A stretch of DNA of 64,000 nt, from positions 64,001 through 128,000 of the forward strand of contig JBHLMN010000017.1 of assembly GCA_048938105.1 (NCBI GenBank), given 5' to 3'. A model generated the notes under the pieces. It was not told where the DNA came from, made no database searches, and saw only the letters and a program-made list of their open reading frames with translations. Source of the stretch: Promethearchaeota archaeon. Lineage in GTDB: Archaea > Asgardarchaeota > Heimdallarchaeia > Hodarchaeales > Hodarchaeaceae. Positions 58,861-64,000 of the stretch are shown piece by piece. The stretch's first letter is position 1; every line of letters starts with the position of its first letter. The position numbers and the translations under genes were made by a program.

Positions 58861-60804
58861 TTAAATATCCAGAATAAAATCGTCTAGACCCAAATCTTTC
58901 AAATGGTTACTATCAGGAATGGTAGTGTTTATATCCCACTTTAGAGCAGTAAGAAATTCCCTGAGGATTTTATCTTCTTCCTCAACTAAAGATACGTCTT
59001 GATTGGGTCCGTCCTCCGCTTTTTCTATAATTCTTTTAGGTAATTCATAATTCAACGGATTGATCCCCTCTCGGAGGTTAAAGAGATGTTTCACTGTTAA
59101 GGTTCTTTCTCCAATCCTAATAAGATCCTCGATAGACAAATCCAAACCTGTTACTAAGTTAACAAACTCGAGGGCTGGATAATTACCTATGACAAGTCCA
59201 AATTGACATAATCCAAGCGCTGAAATCGTTTGATTAAAGCAATAATAATCAAGCGTCCTATTCTTCTTATCTAAGGAGGGATATATCTTATGAAATTTAG
59301 AAATATCAATCATTACTTCTGTAAAGGGTGTATGACGGCCAGGACTTGGATCGAGTCTGTATGGAATTATGAAAGCTTTAGAGAACCTGGGATCATGTGC
59401 AGGGATAGCTTGATTGTTAATATGAATTGCAAAATCCTCACCACCAAGTTTCTTAGATGCTCTACCCACTCCAGTTGCTAATATATCTCCTATTCCCTCC
59501 CGACTTGTGATCTTTTTAATTAAAGGAAGAAGATCTCCTGAATTCCCCCATGATATATTGAGACCGCCTAAATCAACTTCAGATATTAATCCATTTTCTG
59601 TAGCTTCCATGAGGAATGCAAGAATTGAACCAACAGCAATAGTATCTAATCCCTGCCGGTTGCAATAATCATTCATTGCATAAATAGAACCAAGATCATC
59701 ATTGAGGAGATTTGAACCAAGCATGGCTAATGTTTCATATTCAGGCTTGTGTGTCTCTGATATATCATAGTGTTCATCCTTATAGCTCATTATTCCTCCA
59801 CATGCCATAGGACACCTTTTACACCCATATTTCCGAACACGATACTTTGTTACAGAGTCAGTCGATAATTTTCCACTTTTTTTCAATGGGAAGTCCTTAT
59901 AACACCCTTTCCAATTCTTAACTGGGGCATCCCCTGTCTCAACTAGCACTGCTGTTCCTGCTGCAGTCCCCCATCGCTTATATGATTCAATAATCATGCT
60001 ACTTGTACTCATGGATTCGTAATTCTTTACTTTGAAGCGTCGAAGCCATGGAGCGAAGGTAGTTGACATTTTCAGACTAGGTTTTAAAAGAAAGTTCAGA
60101 CCTTTTGAGACCCATTTATTTACGAAGGTACGGAGTTCACGAAGTCCATCAGGATCGAAAATGGGAATATCTTTTGTTCCCCGAACAACAATAGCCTTTA
60201 GATTTTTCGACCCCATAACTGCTCCAAGACCACTTCTAGCAGCGACTCTAGCTTTATCCGTTACTATACCAGTGATTAAAACCAAATTCTCCCCAGCTAA
60301 TCCGATACTAGCCACCTGGACTTTTGGCCCATATTTCTTTTTCAATTCTACTTCAGTTTCAACACAATCTAAACCTTTAAGATTAGAGGTGGGGATTATT
60401 TCAATGGAATCATTTGTAATATTCAAAATTGAAAGCTCTTTCGCTTTGCCTTTAATGAGTAGTAAATCAAATCCTGCTTGACGTAATTCAGGACCAAACC
60501 GTCCACCTGAATTTGCTTCTCCCCACGTACCAGTTAAGGGTGATTTTCCAGCAACAATGAAGCGGCCCGAAAAAGGGACAATAGTTCCACTTAGAACACC
60601 TGTGATGAAGCATAGAATATTCTCAGATCCTAGTGGGTCCGTTTTAGAAGGCATATGTCGAAGAAGATAATCAGCTGCAAGTCCCTCTCCTCCAAGATAT
60701 TTCTTAAACACTTCATCTCGAAATGAATGAGATTCTATGTTTATGTTGTTTGTGGATAAGTCAACAACACCAATCTGTATTCTATTAGAAAAATTAGAGT
60801 TCAT
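58861..60804 (-). CDS. Aldehyde:ferredoxin oxidoreductase family (W/Mo-pterin)
   Basis: YLGGEG, KSPLTG, GAVMGSKNLKAI, C..C...C (CKRCPMAC), PEYET, GLDTI, ERTL...FNLREG. Confidence 0.92.
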   Translation of the reverse strand: MNSNFSNRIQIGVVDLSTNNINIESHSFRDEVFKKYLGGEGLAADYLLRHMPSKTDPLGSENILCFITGVLSGTIVPFSGRFIVAGKSPLTGTWGEANSGGRFGPELRQAGFDLLLIKGKAKELSILNITNDSIEIIPTSNLKGLDCVETEVELKKKYGPKVQVASIGLAGENLVLITGIVTDKARVAARSGLGAVMGSKNLKAIVVRGTKDIPIFDPDGLRELRTFVNKWVSKGLNFLLKPSLKMSTTFAPWLRRFKVKNYESMSTSSMIIESYKRWGTAAGTAVLVETGDAPVKNWKGCYKDFPLKKSGKLSTDSVTKYRVRKYGCKRCPMACGGIMSYKDEHYDISETHKPEYETLAMLGSNLLNDDLGSIYAMNDYCNRQGLDTIAVGSILAFLMEATENGLISEVDLGGLNISWGNSGDLLPLIKKITSREGIGDILATGVGRASKKLGGEDFAIHINNQAIPAHDPRFSKAFIIPYRLDPSPGRHTPFTEVMIDISKFHKIYPSLDKKNRTLDYYCFNQTISALGLCQFGLVIGNYPALEFVNLVTGLDLSIEDLIRIGERTLTVKHLFNLREGINPLNYELPKRIIEKAEDGPNQDVSLVEEEDKILREFLTALKWDINTTIPDSNHLKDLGLDDFILDI

Positions 60805-60980
60805 AGTCTCACCTGTTTCCGAATAAACTTATTTATCTTTTCTTGGTTGCAATTTATTAACTATACTTTTATTTCAATCTTCACCAATACGACAATCTAA
60901 AGGAGATAAATCAAATTAAAGTTGAATATTTAAACTACTATGACGAGGAATTTTGGAATAATTTACAAGTTTAGGAGGAT

Positions 60981-62351
60981 TTGTTGATGTTATCACTTGC
61001 TGAAATGGAAAAATTTGCAGAGAACAATCTTGATAATGCTCTTGAGGATCTATTCAAGCTTACTAGAATACCTACTATTACTGCAAAAGGAGGAGACTAT
61101 TCATCTAAAGCTATAACGGAATTAACTAGAATTTTCAGTGAATTACATTTTAAATGTGTCATTACTGAAACCAAAGGAGAACCTGTTTTTACCGCTGTAT
61201 TAGATATAAATAAACCAAAGACCTTACTTTTCTACGATCATTACGATGTGCAACCTGCAGAACCATTTGATAAATGGACAAGTCCTCCGTTTGAACCAGA
61301 AGTTAGAGAGGGAATGATATATGGCCGAGGAGTTGCTGATAATAAAGGCAATATAATAGCTAGGATATATGCAGTAAAAATGATCCAAGAGTTACTTGGG
61401 GAACTTCCTGTCAATGTAAAATTTATTATTGAAGGCGAGGAGGAAGTTTCAAGCCCAAATTTAAAGGAATATGTCGATTCTCACCATGAATTCTTATTTT
61501 CAGACCAAACTTCTTGTATCTGGGAATTCGGAGGTACGAATACTCAAGGGATGCAAGAGATTTGGGCAGGAGTGAAAGGGATTTGTTACATCCAGCTGAA
61601 AACCACAGGTCCAAATCGAGACCTGCATTCAGCTTACGGAGCAATCGTTGAGAATCCAGCTAATCATCTAGTTGCAGCTCTTGCTTCATTACGAAATGAT
61701 CACACAGACAAAATTCTAATCGAAAATTTTTATGATCCACTCATTACTCCTTCTAAGGAAGTACTTCAAGCTATTTTAAGGATAAAAGACACTATGAATG
61801 AGGATAATCAAAAAAAGCAACTAGGTATCAAGAAATTCATAGGTGGATTATATGGTGAAGAATTACTAAAGAAGTACTATTTAAGCCCAACCTGTACCAT
61901 TTGTGGAATTTGGTCAGGCTGGCAGGGGGAGGGGGGAAAGACTGTACTCCCCGCTGAGGCTCATGCAAAATTAGACTTCAGGTTAGTGCCAAATCAGACT
62001 CCAGAAGACGTTATTCAGATGTTAAAAGATCATTTCAAGAAGAAGAATTTTAATGTTGAGATAGAATGGTTTGAAGGGTATCGTCCTGCTTTTACACCGT
62101 TATCGGTTCCTTTTGTCGGATTACTTAAGGAAACAATGTTTGAAGTCTATGGTCATACCCCTATTATTCATCCCTGGAGCCCTGCTTCAGGCCCTCTGTA
62201 TCTATTTGCTGATCATATACCTGTCCTTTCAATAGGAGTAGCTCATGCAGGCAGCCGTGGTCATGCTCCTAATGAAAATATTAAAGTTGAAGACTTCAAA
62301 CAAGGCCAGGTTTGTCTTGCCAAGTTAATGGAAAATATGGCAGAATCTTAG
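60981..62351 (+). CDS. M20/M25/M40 metallopeptidase (dipeptidase-like)
   Basis: HYDVQP, GRGVADNKG, EGEEE, DLHS, HAPNE. Confidence 0.92.
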   Translation: MLMLSLAEMEKFAENNLDNALEDLFKLTRIPTITAKGGDYSSKAITELTRIFSELHFKCVITETKGEPVFTAVLDINKPKTLLFYDHYDVQPAEPFDKWTSPPFEPEVREGMIYGRGVADNKGNIIARIYAVKMIQELLGELPVNVKFIIEGEEEVSSPNLKEYVDSHHEFLFSDQTSCIWEFGGTNTQGMQEIWAGVKGICYIQLKTTGPNRDLHSAYGAIVENPANHLVAALASLRNDHTDKILIENFYDPLITPSKEVLQAILRIKDTMNEDNQKKQLGIKKFIGGLYGEELLKKYYLSPTCTICGIWSGWQGEGGKTVLPAEAHAKLDFRLVPNQTPEDVIQMLKDHFKKKNFNVEIEWFEGYRPAFTPLSVPFVGLLKETMFEVYGHTPIIHPWSPASGPLYLFADHIPVLSIGVAHAGSRGHAPNENIKVEDFKQGQVCLAKLMENMAES

Positions 62352-62375
62352 TAATTAACTGTTTGTGGAATTAAA

Positions 62376-62819
62376 ATGTTTAATAAAATGGTTCATGCTG
62401 CAGATGGACTCTTGATTAGTGATAATGGAAAAATTGTCCTTATTCTACGTAAGGGTGAGACTTTTCATGATTTTTGGGCACTACCTGGTGGAGCTGTAGA
62501 AGAAGACGAAACGATCGAGGAAGCCTTAATTCGTGAGATGAAAGAAGAAACAGGTGTAAAGGTAAAACCAAAGGAAATTTTAGGAATATTTTCTGATCCT
62601 GATCGAGATCCAAGAGGACGTGTGATTTCAACAGTATTTATATGCAATTATGAAGGAATATTGAAAGCAGGGTCAGATGCAGGGAGGATAATCACATGTA
62701 CGATAGAAGAAGCTCTAAATATGCAGCTTGCATTTGATCACCACTTCATTCTCCAATGTTATCAACAGTGGCTCAAACAGAAGGGCACATTTTGGTCGAA
62801 AAAGCTATTACGGCATTAA
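62376..62819 (+). CDS. Nudix hydrolase (ADP-ribose pyrophosphatase-like)
   Basis: Nudix box GGAVEEDETIEEALIREMKEETG, RDPRGR, LAFDH. Confidence 0.93.
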   Translation: MFNKMVHAADGLLISDNGKIVLILRKGETFHDFWALPGGAVEEDETIEEALIREMKEETGVKVKPKEILGIFSDPDRDPRGRVISTVFICNYEGILKAGSDAGRIITCTIEEALNMQLAFDHHFILQCYQQWLKQKGTFWSKKLLRH

Positions 62820-62832
62820 AATCATAAATACT

Positions 62833-64000
62833 CTATTCTCTCCCCCTTTTAGAATGATAATCCACCAATGCTTTCATTGCTCGCGCTGCCATTGAGGGCC
62901 ATTTAAAAACTGCAATACCATTATCCTGAAGAAACGTAACGGCTTCGTCAGCTGTATCTAAACAACTTATTAGCACTGGAATCTTATTTTCATGAACCCA
63001 AGAAACAAAATCCGATAAATTCTCTTGCAACATGGTTTCGAAAAATGTTGCTGGAAGTATTTCCATAAATTCATTATTCCCAAATTTGAACATTCGCTCT
63101 ATCATATTCCCTCCGAAAACACCGTACAATAATAGAACATCCACCTCGCCTGATTGCCAGATGAGACGTGGAACCTCTCTGTAAAACAAATCCATATTCA
63201 TGTCAAATGTAAGATCGATAGGATTATTTGCAGAAGCAGTCGATCTTACAACATTTCTAATCTTTCTTTGGAGATCAGATGAGAATGAGGGGACAGGTAG
63301 ACCATTCCTCTCGCAACTATCTGCGAAAGTTACCGCAGGTCCCCCGGAATTTGTTATGAGTCCAATACGATCCCCTTTAGGAGGATATGTGAGTGAAAAC
63401 GCATGAATATATTCATATAATTCTTCCATTGTTGTTGTTTCGATAACCCCTGCTTGTTTGAAAACAGTTTCATATACGGAGATTTTTCCTCCTAAAGAAG
63501 CAGTGTGAGACATCCCTGCTCTTGATCCAGCTTTTGTTCCTCCAACATAATGTACAATAACTGGTTTCTTTTGAGCTAGTTCACATAGTGCTTTTACAAA
63601 CTGACGTCCTTCACGTTTTACTCCTTCAATGTAAAGACCTACAACTTCAGTGTCAGGATCATCACGAAAATATTCCATGCAATCTGTGATGTTGACATTG
63701 GCTTCATTTCCAACAGACACCGCTTTTCCAAGTCTTATCCCTCTTCTTTCCATCCAGATCAGGATTTGAGAAATCCATGAACCAGACTGACTTATTAGCG
63801 AAACGTTCCCAGATTGTCCTTCAGGAAGCTCAAAAGGAAACCAAGTGCAATTAAATATACCTTTTGGGCAATGAAGATTAATTATACCAATACAATTAGG
63901 CCCAATGAAGCGTATTCCATAACGTTCCGCTATCTCGTTTAATTGTACTTGATTTTCTGACTCTCCAACCTCACTAAATCCTGCAGAAATAATGATCACA
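62833..64000 (-). CDS. Acyl-CoA synthetase (ADP-forming) alpha subunit, 5'-truncated by the window edge
   Basis: ISAGFSE, GPNCIG, SQSG, SVGNEA, phospho-His SHTASLGG, TNSGG, NNPIDLT. Confidence 0.9.
   Translation of the reverse strand, partial: VIIISAGFSEVGESENQVQLNEIAERYGIRFIGPNCIGIINLHCPKGIFNCTWFPFELPEGQSGNVSLISQSGSWISQILIWMERRGIRLGKAVSVGNEANVNITDCMEYFRDDPDTEVVGLYIEGVKREGRQFVKALCELAQKKPVIVHYVGGTKAGSRAGMSHTASLGGKISVYETVFKQAGVIETTTMEELYEYIHAFSLTYPPKGDRIGLITNSGGPAVTFADSCERNGLPVPSFSSDLQRKIRNVVRSTASANNPIDLTFDMNMDLFYREVPRLIWQSGEVDVLLLYGVFGGNMIERMFKFGNNEFMEILPATFFETMLQENLSDFVSWVHENKIPVLISCLDTADEAVTFLQDNGIAVFKWPSMAARAMKALVDYHSKRGRE

Noticed and set aside
1190-63406. Numerous short antisense or out-of-frame ORFs in the track (e.g. 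1190-1615, 5295-5621, 16529-16885, 60032-60481)
   Set aside because: They are nested in well-supported genes, have no recognisable motifs and show typical shadow-ORF composition.
1-64000. CRISPR arrays, tRNA/rRNA genes, IS elements
   Set aside because: No regularly spaced repeats, GC-rich cloverleaf or rRNA-like tracts, transposase ORFs or terminal inverted repeats were seen by eye. tRNAscan-SE, Infernal and ISEScan would confirm.

Overview
AT-rich, gene-dense archaeal chromosomal segment. It is most likely from an Asgard archaeon (Heimdallarchaeia-like). This is inferred from the roadblock, longin/DENN, Rab- and Rag-like GTPase and LRR genes, the archaeal DTD2, the PCNA-type PIP boxes and the GGTGA/GGAG ribosome-binding sites. 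I found no rRNA, tRNA, CRISPR array or transposase. Main highlights: (1) A Shango-like defence locus at 32382-43579 (TerB_N/TerB_C protein, DUF2791 ATPase, Lhr-like helicase). It is expanded by a duplicated helicase, a SngA-like protein with extra HAS-barrel-like, UVR and duplicated TerB_N modules, and an upstream LRR protein carrying its own TerB_C tail. (2) A stand-alone longin/uDENN protein with a folliculin-like DxxxRGxQxxY arginine-finger motif directly upstream of a Rag-like GTPase (50893-53040). (3) Two pyrrolysine-free MtmB homologues (His and Lys at the Pyl site) bracketing AdaA/Ogt alkylation-repair genes and a VapBC pair, next to an iodotyrosine deiodinase. (4) A longin-DENN protein, a roadblock-Rab pair and several unusual surface or receptor-like proteins. 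The rest is housekeeping and metabolism: SfsA, DinB, MFS transporters, three aldo-keto reductases, ThpR, PlsC-like acyltransferase, an FGGY/aldolase/SCP2/AOR cluster, M20 peptidase, Nudix hydrolase and an ACD alpha subunit. All family calls come from motif recognition by eye, not database searches.
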